Below the pieces are notes generated by a model. It was not told the DNA's origin. It was given only the letters and a program-made list of their open reading frames with translations, and ran no database searches. Positions 41,150 through 51,670 of a DNA stretch of 64,000 bases are shown here, in pieces. Location: positions 32,001 to 96,000 of the forward strand of contig CAWGIE010000033.1 in assembly GCA_963822585.1 (NCBI GenBank), given 5' to 3'. A program made the position numbers and the translations under genes. Position 1 is the first letter of the stretch, and the number at the start of each line of letters is the position of its first letter. This stretch comes from an uncultured bacterium (GTDB lineage Bacteria; Auribacterota; Erginobacteria; Erginobacterales; Erginobacteraceae).

Positions 41150-42685
41150 GTACTCCCTGAACAAAACTCGGCACTCTCCACTCAGGCAACGTTCTGAAGT
41201 GCCTGAAGTTACAAAACTACTCGCCGCCATCGAAATCGAAATGAGCTATTCGTGGTCAAGGCTTTAAAGATTTGTTATACAAATATAATATCTTTATATG
41301 AGCTGAGCATTTTTTTAGGGGGGATGGTGCGAACGGGGTATTGAACGCTGACCAGCGGGATACCTCTTCGATCAGGATTTCTTTCATCTGGTTGTAGTTG
41401 CGGAATGTACGCGGATTATAGGTATTCAGAGCGAGAATTTTGGCCTTCAGGAAATACTCCGGCCAGCTCCGGTTTCCCCAATTCTTGATACAACTGGCCG
41501 ATTTCTTTATGGACCTGTGGTGAATAAGGCAAGAATTCAATCGCTTCTTGGTACACCTCCAGGGCGGCTTGATAATTCCCTGTCTTTTATAGCACAACGC
41601 GAGAATACCGCTGGCCAGCTATTGGCCGGGTTTATTGCGATTGCTTCCACGGATACTTTTTCAGCTTCAGGAAAGTTCTTAGTTTCCAGTAACACCATCC
41701 CAGGGCAGCCAGCGCTTCATCGTTAGACGGATTTATTTCGAGAGCGTGCCGCAGCTTTTCCGCGGCCGGGCCCCATTTATGTTCATTCATGAAAGAGAGT
41801 GCTGATATCACCCAGGCTTCATCTTGGCGGGATTGACTTTCAGGACCTTCCGGCAGAGTTCCAATGTCGTTTTATGGCTTTGTTGATTCAGATAATATCT
41901 TGCCAATCCGAGATTCGCCTCACCATTTTCGGGATCGATGGCAACGGCCTTATTAAACATTTCCAGAGCTTCTTCGTACCAGTCGCGGTCGAGATACTTT
42001 GCCCCAGTTCTATATAAACTCCGGCATCCCGCGGATTGTTTTTCAGTTTGTTTTGAAGATTTGCTTCCGCATCATAGTCATAATCATCGTCCCCGGCATT
42101 GAAATTTTTTGCCGCGGTTACGCCTTCTTCCGCCGGAGGCGGCTGCCCGAGAATTCCTTTTTCTCTCAAGGTGAGCAAGCCGTTCTCCCAGATATACCGG
42201 GCCATCTTCCCTGTTCTCAAATTCCCGAGAAAACGCTCCAGGCCCCCCGATTGCTCATCATCTTGATACAGTCCCGGTTCGTCGCCCATCCCATCGTTGA
42301 TCCCCATCATGGCGATCACCATGTCCGGTGTGTATCCATCCAGCCATCCCTCCAACCTCTTCAGGATGAAGGCGGTACTGCATCCCGGTTCCGTTTTGAA
42401 CAACGACCATCATGGACTTCCATTGAGGCAATACCGGTAATTGCGGATAACGAATACGTCATGCAATATTGCTTCAAAACATGATCCGGAATTCGCTCTT
42501 CCGGCAGCCGAGCCTGATTGGCCGATCCGCCAATATAATACGAAAACACCCCCCAGGCGCAAACCGATCTCGAGAACCATTACCGCTAAAATCAATGAGC
42601 CGATGATACACACTATTATTTTTCTGGAGGAGGGAAAAATAATACCGATAGAGATAAGCAGACTAGGGGTGCGACAAGGTCATAA
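41150..42685 (-). pseudogene. Degraded or mis-assembled SGNH/TPR paralog of 8948-10410
   Basis: Fragments LEIGLRLGG, PGCSTAFIL, AMMGIND, TPR pieces and YNPRTFRNYNQM in shifting frames, with garbled stretches. Confidence 0.6.
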
Positions 42686-42734
42686 TTTGCCGGCGAGAAC
42701 TATAACGAACCTACTCTTTTTTTTTTGCGCTTTT

Positions 42735-43511
42735 TTACGGCAAAGATCTTTTCCGGTTCAGACGGGACCGGATCGGGCGGGCCGGGATGCCCACCGCCAC
42801 CGCGTATTCACCGATATCGCGGTGGACAACGGCCCCGGCCCCGATGACCGCCCCTTTTCCGATGGTAACGCCCCCGAGGATAACGGCATGGGTTCCGATC
42901 CAGACATCCTCCCCGATCACAATCCGGCTGGGAGCTCGTCCCTGGAAACGCATCGGCCGGTCGGTATCGTCAAAGACATGGGTTCCCCCGATGATCTCCA
43001 CCTGGTTGGCGATCAGGGTGTCGCGCCCGATCTCGATATCGCCGTAGCCGTAGATGAATGAACCCGAACCGATATTAACCTTCTCCCCCACCGTTATCTT
43101 ACCTCCCTGGGTCCGGACGATGACCCCCCGCGAGACATGGCTGTCCGTCCCGATCACGACCGGTCCCGCTCCGGGGCCGACATCGAAAAAACTTCCTTCC
43201 CCCAGAAAAACCCTCTCGCCGAGCCGGAGGCCGCCGGGATTGAAGAAACGGACGTTTTTCTCAATGAAACACTTCCTGCCCAGATCTCCGAAAAGCAGGC
43301 GGTAGAGATAACCCCTGGCCAGGCAGCCGGCGATTGTCGGGAAACAGGAAAAGATCGTCAACAGCAGACCCTGGCCGAAGAACCGCGCCAGAGATCGACT
43401 CCCATAGACCTTTTCCCGATACAGGCGGAAACTCTCTTTCCACCCGTCCGGAGGGATTGTTCCTTCACCGTCATATCCGACCATGGGGATACTCCTCTTC
43501 AAGCCATTCAA
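42735..43511 (-). CDS. Hexapeptide O-acyltransferase (LbH)
   Basis: GKITVGEKVNIG, IVIGEDVWIG, GGVTIGKGAVIGAGAVV, VGIPARPIR. Confidence 0.88.
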   Translation of the reverse strand: MNGLKRSIPMVGYDGEGTIPPDGWKESFRLYREKVYGSRSLARFFGQGLLLTIFSCFPTIAGCLARGYLYRLLFGDLGRKCFIEKNVRFFNPGGLRLGERVFLGEGSFFDVGPGAGPVVIGTDSHVSRGVIVRTQGGKITVGEKVNIGSGSFIYGYGDIEIGRDTLIANQVEIIGGTHVFDDTDRPMRFQGRAPSRIVIGEDVWIGTHAVILGGVTIGKGAVIGAGAVVHRDIGEYAVAVGIPARPIRSRLNRKRSLP

Positions 43512-43554
43512 TAGATCAGGCTGCAGGTATTTTAATTATTAAAAACGACAACAA

Positions 43555-43640
43555 GGAGTGATGGAGTGTTGGAATGATGGTGTAATGGAGCACGAGGCAC
43601 CTCATCACTCCATCACTCCAACACTCCACTATTCCATGCT
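43555..43640. repeat. Family B octamer palindrome
   Basis: GGAGTGATGGAGTGTTGGAATGATGG / CATCACTCCATCACTCCAACACTCCACTATTCCA. Confidence 0.85.
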
Positions 43641-43695
43641 TCACCAAGGTACATTAACAGGTTTTCCCCCGACCGTATATAAGCCTATCACCCTG

Positions 43696-46345
43696 TCATT
43701 TCAACCTGAACGTCAGCCCGATACAGGCCAGTTCGGCCAGTACTCCCCAGACCCGGATAAAAATCGCGATGGCCGTCCCCAGGTAGAGATCGATCCCGAA
43801 GAGCGATTGGAGAAGAATCGCGATGCCGGCCTCCATGATCCCCAGGCCGGCGGGGAAGAAGCTGAACGTTCCCGCCACCCAGGTGAGGGCAACTACCCCG
43901 GTCAGGCTGATCCAGGCATATGCCGGAAGAGGCTCGTGATATACCGCCCGCAAAAGTATGTAGGCACCGACCCCTTTCACGATCCAGAGGACTCCCCAGT
44001 AGAGAACGATCAGGAGAATATCCCGGTATTTCAGCCTGACTTTCAGCTTGATATGCTCGAATTTATTCAGCACCCAGTTCAGCGCCGGACCGAAAAGCCG
44101 GGGATGAAGGCCGATCAGACCGAGCGGAACCAGCAGGACAAAATACCAGCTATCCCCTACTTTCTGGAGATTGGGCCATACCGGAAGGCTGAGGATCGTG
44201 ATCAGCACCCCGGAGACCACCATGATACTGAGCATGATGCCGATGCTGGCCAGGGTCATAACCCGGGGGACCCCCGCCTGTTTCGTCAATATGACTCTGC
44301 CCACAATGGTCCAGATCTTGCCCGGGAGGTACTTGCCGAGTTCGCTGACGAAATAAATCCGGAGAATCTTGAGGTGAGGCACCCGCTGTCCCATGATCCG
44401 GAGGATATAATTCCAGCCGATCGCCACCAGCAGGCCGCAAACAACCATTACAAAAAGCGAGAGAATCAAGAGAGGGATGTCGGGATCCCATGAGTATGAT
44501 ATCAACTTATGCCAGTTGTGGTAGAGGTTCTTCCCCAGAAAGAAACAGATTGCCGCCAGGATCAGAAACTGCGCCCCCCGGAGGAGCGGACTTTTCTTCC
44601 GGGTGGAAGATACCCGCTCGACGACCGGTTCCCGATGGGGCGACGCCTCGACCGACCCGGCAAAATCGATCCCGCCGGAACCGGGCCGGACGGTCTTCTT
44701 AATGACCGCCGGCCCGCTCCCCCCCAGGCGGGAGAGGATATCCTTGCCAAACGCGGGGGAAGGACGGGTGATCACATGGGCTCCGGCCCTGATTTCAAAG
44801 TCTTCGTTCACCCTCCGCGAAGCATCGTCTTCTCCGGTCATGATCTCATCTCTGATCACGACCGTGTCTTTTTCGAAGCGGAGGAGGCGCTTCAAAATCC
44901 AGGGGGAGGCCTCCCCGGAAACGGCGGAAAGTTGGAGCGATGACTGCTTCCGTCTCCTGATAAAGTCGACACCCTTCTTGATCAGGAGATATCCTCCCGG
45001 GACCGCGCTGATCAGCCTGAGGAGGAACCGGGCCGATGGATGCGGGAAAAAATACACCCCGGAACGGAAGGAAGCCGTTACCTCCAGGCCGCCGTCCGGC
45101 CGGTTATCGACCCTGTTATCAAGGGCAAGCCGGCAGGAATGCATGTTCTCGCCCAGGGAGGTGACGATCGTGTATCCCTGGTCATGATACCCGAGATCAT
45201 TATCCGGGTTTGACTGCGGATAGGGATATAGCTTGAGCAGGCCGCCCCGGGCCCCGCTGACGAGAGCGTAATAGGTCTCCGTCCGGACCGCCAGAATGGA
45301 GGCCTCGGGAAAATACCGGCGGAAGGGAAGGGAAGCGTAGGGAAGCAGGGGGAGGTCGTCCCGGAAGGACTCCGGATGCTCCCGCCAGCGATCATAGGCC
45401 AGCAGTCCGTTGTAGAGGTGATAGCAGCGGCTCAGGTCGTCCTGGGCCAGCTGGGTCAGAACATTGCTCCGGCACACCCCTTCCCGGAAGAGACGGGCGG
45501 CGGGGGGGGAGAACCGTCCCATGATGGCGGCGCCCAGAAGCGAGACATACGAGTTGCCGCAGAGATTGTATTCACGGCCGGTGGTGATGTCGGGATGGAC
45601 GAAATGCACCAGGAAATCCAGGGCGCGGGTGAGCGACGCCCGCAGCTCCGGATCGGGCTGAAAGAGATAACACTGGGCCAGGTATTCCAGGGTGAGGAAA
45701 GAGTACCCGGTATCGAGGCCGCCCAGTTCGGGAAACCAGCCCTCCCCGGTCTGCCGGCCAATGATCTTCTCCACCTTCTCCCGGGCTTCTACGGTCAGAT
45801 GCTCGTCTTTCAAGACCTCGGCCAGGCTGAAGAGGGCCGCCGCGCCCACCGCTTCGTGGTTGATCTTGCTCAGGTCGTCGTGGCGCCCCAGCCAGCGGGC
45901 GGCGCGGGAAAACGCCTCCAGGAGCAGCCCCCTCTCCTCATCCGAGAACTCATCCTCCAGCAGCCGGTACGCACGGGAAAGGGCGAAGGCGGAAAAAGCG
46001 GTAGCCGCGAATCCGTGCTCGCCCCGGTACCACTCGTCAAAGGAGCCGTCCCGGTGCTGACAGTTCACCCAGAAAAGCAGTCCCGCCCGGGCGGTTTCTC
46101 CGCACTGGAGAAGACCGGAGAGATGGTTCCCCGGGTAATCATTCCGGTAAAGGAGAGCCAGTGTGTAGGCCGCCTCCTGGCAGCGGACATTGACGAAGTC
46201 GCTGCTCTTGCTACGCCAGTACGGGTAAAAAAAACAGCCGTAGGTGGGGGAGTAACGATCCCGATCGGCGAGGTCCAGGAGGAGGGACGACTCATCCACT
46301 ATCTGCCGGATATACCTGTCTATCGTACGCCGTTTGAGATCATGA
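43696..46345 (-). CDS. Fusion of a soluble helical domain of unknown function and a lysylphosphatidylglycerol-synthase-TM (flippase-like) domain
   Basis: 867 aa ORF: DRDRYSPTYGCF..W..K..DF, QHRDGSFDEWY, NHEA, EGWFPE..G.D.GY; C-terminal SELGKYLPGKIW, PAGLGIME. The probable ATG at ~46345 is offset by an indel. Confidence 0.75.
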
Positions 46346-46837
46346 TGTGAACTTCGTAAATGATGTGACCGCGGATTTAGCGGATTATGCTGATTAAAAG
46401 AAAAAATTTAGCGCTTTGCATTAACTTTCGGTAGCCGCACCTTCAGGGTGCGCAATGGTGTGCCACCTAATACGGGGCGGCTACCATTTAAATAACAGTT
46501 ATTGCAACTTCCAAGCAGTACATTAGCGCCTGGGGCGCTAATGTAGTTATGAACAAAGACTATTACGCTTCCATTTAAGCAATACCGATAATGTAGAATA
46601 TTCCTGCACTACTGCTTCAAAGCTTGCGTATTCTTATTTCTTCTGCCCCGAATCATTATTCGGGGCAGAAAAAATAAGATCATAGCAGAGAGGAGACGAG
46701 TTCTCAATAAAAACCGGCGGTCTATTTCACCGCTCTTATTATCAAAAGTCAGTCGCTCTCTCAGAGAAGAGCTGTCAGCTAATTAAACAGCATCTTTATT
46801 TGTGATACGGATTGCAGTATGTGATATATATAAGTAA

Positions 46838-47005
46838 GAAGAGTCTTTTCCCGGAAGCTGCCCCGGGAAAGGGTTCAAGCGACAAGCGGGCGAAGCAGCT
46901 TTAATTGATTGACTAGCATATTCTTACATAAACTTCCCGCATAATCGGAAAGATGCGCGATATCAATCAAGCCCCGTTGCCCCGGGTAAAAATCCGGGCC
47001 TCTTC
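46838..47005. ncRNA. Candidate rod-like structured RNA or 5' leader (unclassified)
   Basis: Nested complementary blocks GAAGAG/CTCTTC, CCCGGA/TCCGGG, CCCGGG/CCCGGG, GCGAC/GTTGC, GGGC/GCCC, TTGATTGA/TCAATCAA, GCAT/ATGC. Confidence 0.3.
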
Positions 47006-47126
47006 CGCGGGGAATTTTCCAAAGAGAAATTAAAAAAGCTTGCTTTGATCTTCACTCGTTGATTAGTATGTCTATGTTTGCATCAATCCATAGCAACATT
47101 CAATTCTAACGAAGGAGAAGTACACG

Positions 47127-48689
47127 ATGATTAGAAGCACGATCATGATGGCGGGCGCGGCGATTATCACCGCCGCCCTGCTTGTAATGTCGCCCCCGGA
47201 AGCACCGGGAGCGATCGGGGATGTCGTCCATTGGATTCCTGCCAGTGGAACCAGCTGGGCCGGCGGCGGTATCACCTGGCGCGACGGTTATCTCTGGGAA
47301 CATGTCCGCGATGGTTCCCACCTCTACCAAAGAGACCCTTCGTCAGGCCAAACCGTAGGCTCGGTACCGGTAAGTAACGATCGAGGGGTGACCCTTGCCT
47401 GGGACAGCATCCGGGAGAACTGGTTGATGACCGAACCCTATCATAATAGAATCCTGCGGTTTCTCTCTACCGGGGGCAATGCCATCGGCAGTTATGACTT
47501 CGGCCTTTTCGAAAGCGGCCTCGCCTGTGACCGCTGGCTCGACCGGATCTGGGTCGGCGATAATCAATATAGCACCGGCAACACCCTTTCCAAGTGGTCC
47601 CCCGACGGCTGGCGGGACGGCCCTTTTATTGACCCTGGATTCACTGTCCAGGCAGTGACCGTGACCGGCAGCCATGTCTGGGTCTCGAATTTCACCGATG
47701 GCGGTCATAACAACTACATCTACCAGTTGAATAAGGCCGACGGCGCCCGCACCGGTGTTTCCTTCGGAACCCCGGGAGACGAACCGATCGGAGCGCTTTG
47801 TTTTGACGGCCAATATATCTGGGGTCTCGCCACCTCACAGGGCGTCATCTATCAGATCGATATCGGCATCACCCCCATACCTCCCACCCCGACCCCGACG
47901 CCGGCGTCGCTGATCCTGGACTCGGGGGACTATAACGGCGACTCCACCTCCGACATCGCCATCTTCCGGAAAAGCTCCGGCCTCTGGGCGGTCCGAGGGA
48001 TTACCCGGGCTTACTTCGGCGGAAGTTCCGATATCCCGGCCTCCGGCGACTTCAACGGCGACGGGACCACCGATCTGGCTCTCTTCCGCCCCGCTCCCGG
48101 TCTCTGGGCGGTCAAGGGGATCACCCGCTCCTACTTCGGCGGCAGTTCCGACATCCCGGCCCCCGGCGACTATGACGGCGACGCGACCTGCGACGCCGGG
48201 ATCTACCGGGGAAGTTCCGGGCTCTGGGCGGTCAAGGGGATCACCCGCTCCTACTTCGGCGGTTCCGGGGACCTCCCGGTTCCCGTTTACGGTGGCGCCG
48301 GCGAGAGCGCCAAGCATTTCGGTATCTTCCGGCCGAGCACCCGTCTCTGGGCGATCCGGGGCATCACGCGGACCTACTACGGAGGCAGCTCCGATCAGCC
48401 GGTCCCGGCCAACTACTCGGGCATACCGGACAGCATCGACATCGGGACCTTCCGGGGCTCCTCAGGCCTCTGGGCGATCAAGGACGTGACCCGGATCTAC
48501 TTCGGGGCGAGCAATGACTGGCCGGTGCCGGGCAACTTCACCGGCTTCATCCCGGCCGACACCGGGATCTTCCGGCCCGCTTCGGGTCTTTGGGCGATCC
48601 GGGGCGTGACCCGGGTCTACTTCGGCGGCAGCTCCGATCTCCCGGTCTCCGGCCTGGCCATCAATCCGTCCAGCGCCGCGATTCCCTGA
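47127..48689 (+). CDS. Secreted protein 1: beta-propeller-like domain, PT linker, FG-GAP-like repeats
   Basis: Signal peptide; W/G-rich blades ending YQIDIG; PTPTPTP; six GDYNGD..DIAIFR..SGLWA.RG.TR.YFG units. Confidence 0.85.
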   Translation: MIRSTIMMAGAAIITAALLVMSPPEAPGAIGDVVHWIPASGTSWAGGGITWRDGYLWEHVRDGSHLYQRDPSSGQTVGSVPVSNDRGVTLAWDSIRENWLMTEPYHNRILRFLSTGGNAIGSYDFGLFESGLACDRWLDRIWVGDNQYSTGNTLSKWSPDGWRDGPFIDPGFTVQAVTVTGSHVWVSNFTDGGHNNYIYQLNKADGARTGVSFGTPGDEPIGALCFDGQYIWGLATSQGVIYQIDIGITPIPPTPTPTPASLILDSGDYNGDSTSDIAIFRKSSGLWAVRGITRAYFGGSSDIPASGDFNGDGTTDLALFRPAPGLWAVKGITRSYFGGSSDIPAPGDYDGDATCDAGIYRGSSGLWAVKGITRSYFGGSGDLPVPVYGGAGESAKHFGIFRPSTRLWAIRGITRTYYGGSSDQPVPANYSGIPDSIDIGTFRGSSGLWAIKDVTRIYFGASNDWPVPGNFTGFIPADTGIFRPASGLWAIRGVTRVYFGGSSDLPVSGLAINPSSAAIP

Positions 48690-48707
48690 GCGGCGGAACA
48701 GTGGAAA

Positions 48708-48740
48708 GGGACCCCCGCCCGGGACCGGGCGGGGGTCCTT
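48708..48740 (+). terminator. GC-rich hairpin after secreted protein 1
   Basis: GGGACCCCCGCCCGG-GA-CCGGGCGGGGGTCCT with only a short T tail. Confidence 0.45.
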
Positions 48741-48829
48741 ACCATTGAGAACACATTCTCTGAAGACGTCTCCCGGATGGACCGGGTGACTCCGGTGATT
48801 CCCCCTTTTTATAGAAGGAGAAGCATCCT

Positions 48830-51197
48830 ATGCTGAAGAAGGCCCGGTTTTTACTCTGTGCCGGCATGGCATTTCTTTCCTTTTTACTGCTCCCCGTGGA
48901 ATCCCGGGGAGCGGTCGGCGATGTCGTTCATCAGATTAATGCCAGTGGAACCAGCTGGGCCGGCGGCGGGATCGCCTGGCGGGACGGTTATCTCTGGGAA
49001 CATGTCCGCGATGGTTCCCACCTCTACCAAAGAGACCCTTCGACGGGCCAAACCGTAGGCTCGGTGCCGGTAAGTAATGATAAAGGGGTGACCCTTGCCT
49101 GGGACAGCATCCGGAAGAACTGGTTGATGACCGAACCCTATCATAATAGAATCCTGCGGTTTCTCGCTACCGGAGGCAATGCCATCGGCAGTTATGACTT
49201 CGGCCTTTTCGAAAGCGGCCTCGCGTGCGACCGCTGGCTCGACCGGATCTGGGTCGGCGATAACCAGTTCAGTACCGGTAACACCCTCTCCAAGTGGTCC
49301 CCCGACGGCTGGCGGGACGGCAATTTTATTGACCCCGGATTCACTGTCCAGGGAGTGACCGTGACCGGCAGTCATGTCTGGGTCTCCAATTTCACCGAGG
49401 GTGGCCACGGAAACTACATCTACCAGATAGATAAGGCAACCGGCACCCGCACCGGGGTTGCATTCCAATCACCAAACGATGATCCGATCGCTGCCCTTAC
49501 TTTCGATGGCAGGTATCTCTGGGCATTAGGCATCCATAACGTGATCTATCAGATCGATATCGGCTATGTTACTCCCACCCCGGCCCCATCAGCCACACCG
49601 GTGGAAACCCCCACCCCGATCTCCCTTCAGATGCCGGTTTTGGACTCCGGCGATTACAATGGCGATGGGACTTCCGACATCGCCGTTTTCCGGGAGAAGA
49701 CCGGCTTCTGGGCGGTCCGGGGGATTACCCAGATCACCTTCGGCCGGAGCGGCGACGTTCCCGTCTCCGGAGACTACAATGGCGACGGGACTACCGATAT
49801 CGGCATCCGGCGCCCCAGCAGCTTGCTCTGGGCGGTGAAGGGGATCACCCGGGTCTATTTCGGGGGGCCCTCCGGATATATCCCAGTCCCCGGGGATTAT
49901 GACGGCGACGGCCGCTGCGACATCGCCCTCTTCAAGAACAGCTCCGCTCTCTGGCTTATCAGATCCATGACCCGCTTCCATTTCGGCCGGACGCGGAGAT
50001 TTCCCGGTGCCCGGCTATTTCACAGACGCCCGGATGAAGAACGTCGGAATCTTTCGGCCGTCAAACGGCCTCTGGGCGATCCGTAACTTCACCAAAACCA
50101 CCTTCGGGCGGTACGGCGACATCCCGGTCCCCGCGGATTACGACAGCGATCGCCTGGATGATATCGCCGTTTACCGGCCGTCGTTGAAACTGTGGGCGGT
50201 CAAAGGACTTACCCGGTTCTATTTCGGTTCCATCCTTTCCAGCAAACCGCAGCCGGGTGACTATCGGGGCGCCGGCACGGCAGATGCCGCCGACATACTG
50301 AGCAACCTCGGTCTCTGGAAGGTACGGGGCGTCTCCAAGCTCTATTTCGGCCGGCGGGGGGATTCCCCGGTTTCGGGGAGGACGCTCGGAAGATTGAACG
50401 GGAACCTCCCGAACCTTGATTCGGGCGATTATAACGGGGACGGGACATCGGAGATTGCCCTGTTCCGGGGGAGTACCGGCCTCTGGGCTATCCGGGGAAC
50501 CACCCGGTTCTTTTTCGGAGGGAGGGGAGACATCCCGGTCTCCGGCGACTACAACGGTGATGGGACCACCGACATCGGCATCTACCGCTGGAGAAATCAG
50601 CTCTGGTCGGTGAGACATATCACCCGGATTCACTTCGGCGACTCAGCCGGTTATACCCCGGTCCCCGGAGATTACAACGGCGACGGCACCTGCGACTTCG
50701 GCATTTTCGATGCCGGCAGTGGCTACTGGAAGCTGCGGATCCAGTTGTTTGTCCCCTTCACTTCCGAGTTTTATTATGGAGAGAAAGGAGATCTGCCCGT
50801 GCCCGGTTATTATACCGGGGGGTCGATCAAGCATGTCGCCTGTTATCGTCCCTCGACCGGGAGGTGGTCGATCCAGAACGTAACCTGGTTTTACTTCGGG
50901 AAAGCGGGGGACGTCCCGATCCCCGGCGATTACAACGGGGACGGGGTGACCGATTTGGGTATTTACCGGCCAAGCAGAAAACTCTGGTGGGTAAAAAATA
51001 TCACCCGGGTGTATTACGGTTTACCTGGCTACTGGCGGCCGGTGCCGGCTGATTACCGGGGCAACGGCAGCGCCGTGCTCGGCCTCTATCAAGATACCAC
51101 GGCCCGCTGGACGATCCGGGGGATGACCAAGACCTACTTCGGGAACCCCGGCGACCTACCGGTGACCGCCGGCAGTGACGCACACGCGGTGAAATAG
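48830..51197 (+). CDS. Secreted protein 2: same propeller domain plus two FG-GAP-like modules (frameshift near 50000)
   Basis: N-domain near-identical to protein 1; ORFs 48830-50086 and 50007-51197 are colinear; AGGAG RBS. Confidence 0.8.
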
Positions 51198-51198
51198 T

Positions 51199-51362
51199 CC
51201 CCGCCTCGGCCCCTTTGATAACCACCAAAGACACTAAGAAAACTATTGTTCCCCCAACCTCGGCCCCTTCGATAACCACCAAGACACTAAGACACCAAGA
51301 AACTATTGTTCCCCCGACCTCGCCCCTCTTCGATAACCACCAAGACACTAAGACACCAAGAG
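51199..51362 (+). repeat. Three tandem ~55-60-bp copies containing family G units
   Basis: CCCC..CCTCGGCCCCTTCGATAACCACCAAGACACTAAGA..AAACTATTGTT x3 with no unique spacers. Confidence 0.8.
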
Positions 51363-51635
51363 AAAATTCGAAATTCGAAATTCGAAGCTCGAAGTTCGAC
51401 GTTTTTAACCCGAGATGACCGAAGGTTATTTTTCGGGTCGGCGTTGAGTGTTGGATGGTGAAAGTTGAACGTTCAGCCTCCCCTCCGTGATCACCTCTCC
51501 CCTCGGGGGAGCGGTCGGCCGTTCCGAAGGAACGGCCGGGTGAGGGGGTCTTAATTTTAGGCACGTTTTCCGGTTCGGCCTTCGTCATTCGGATTTCGTC
51601 ATTCGGATTTCATCATTATCCAATACCCCCCTCTC

Positions 51636-51664
51636 TTGACACCCCCCAAAAATAGTCGTACTAT
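51636..51664 (+). promoter_or_regulatory. Sigma70 promoter abutting the start codon (leaderless)
   Basis: TTGACA-17nt-TACTAT-6nt-ATG; no SD. Confidence 0.75.
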
Positions 51665-51670
51665 TCCTCC

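Noticed and set aside
46838..47005. Firm call as 6S RNA or a known riboswitch
   Set aside because: No diagnostic conserved motif was recognised; kept only as an unclassified candidate.
47241..49397. Diversity-generating retroelement TR/VR pair
   Set aside because: The differences are mostly synonymous and not adenine-specific, both copies are coding, and no reverse transcriptase is present.
51199..51362. CRISPR array
   Set aside because: Whole units are repeated with no unique spacers, and no cas genes are present.
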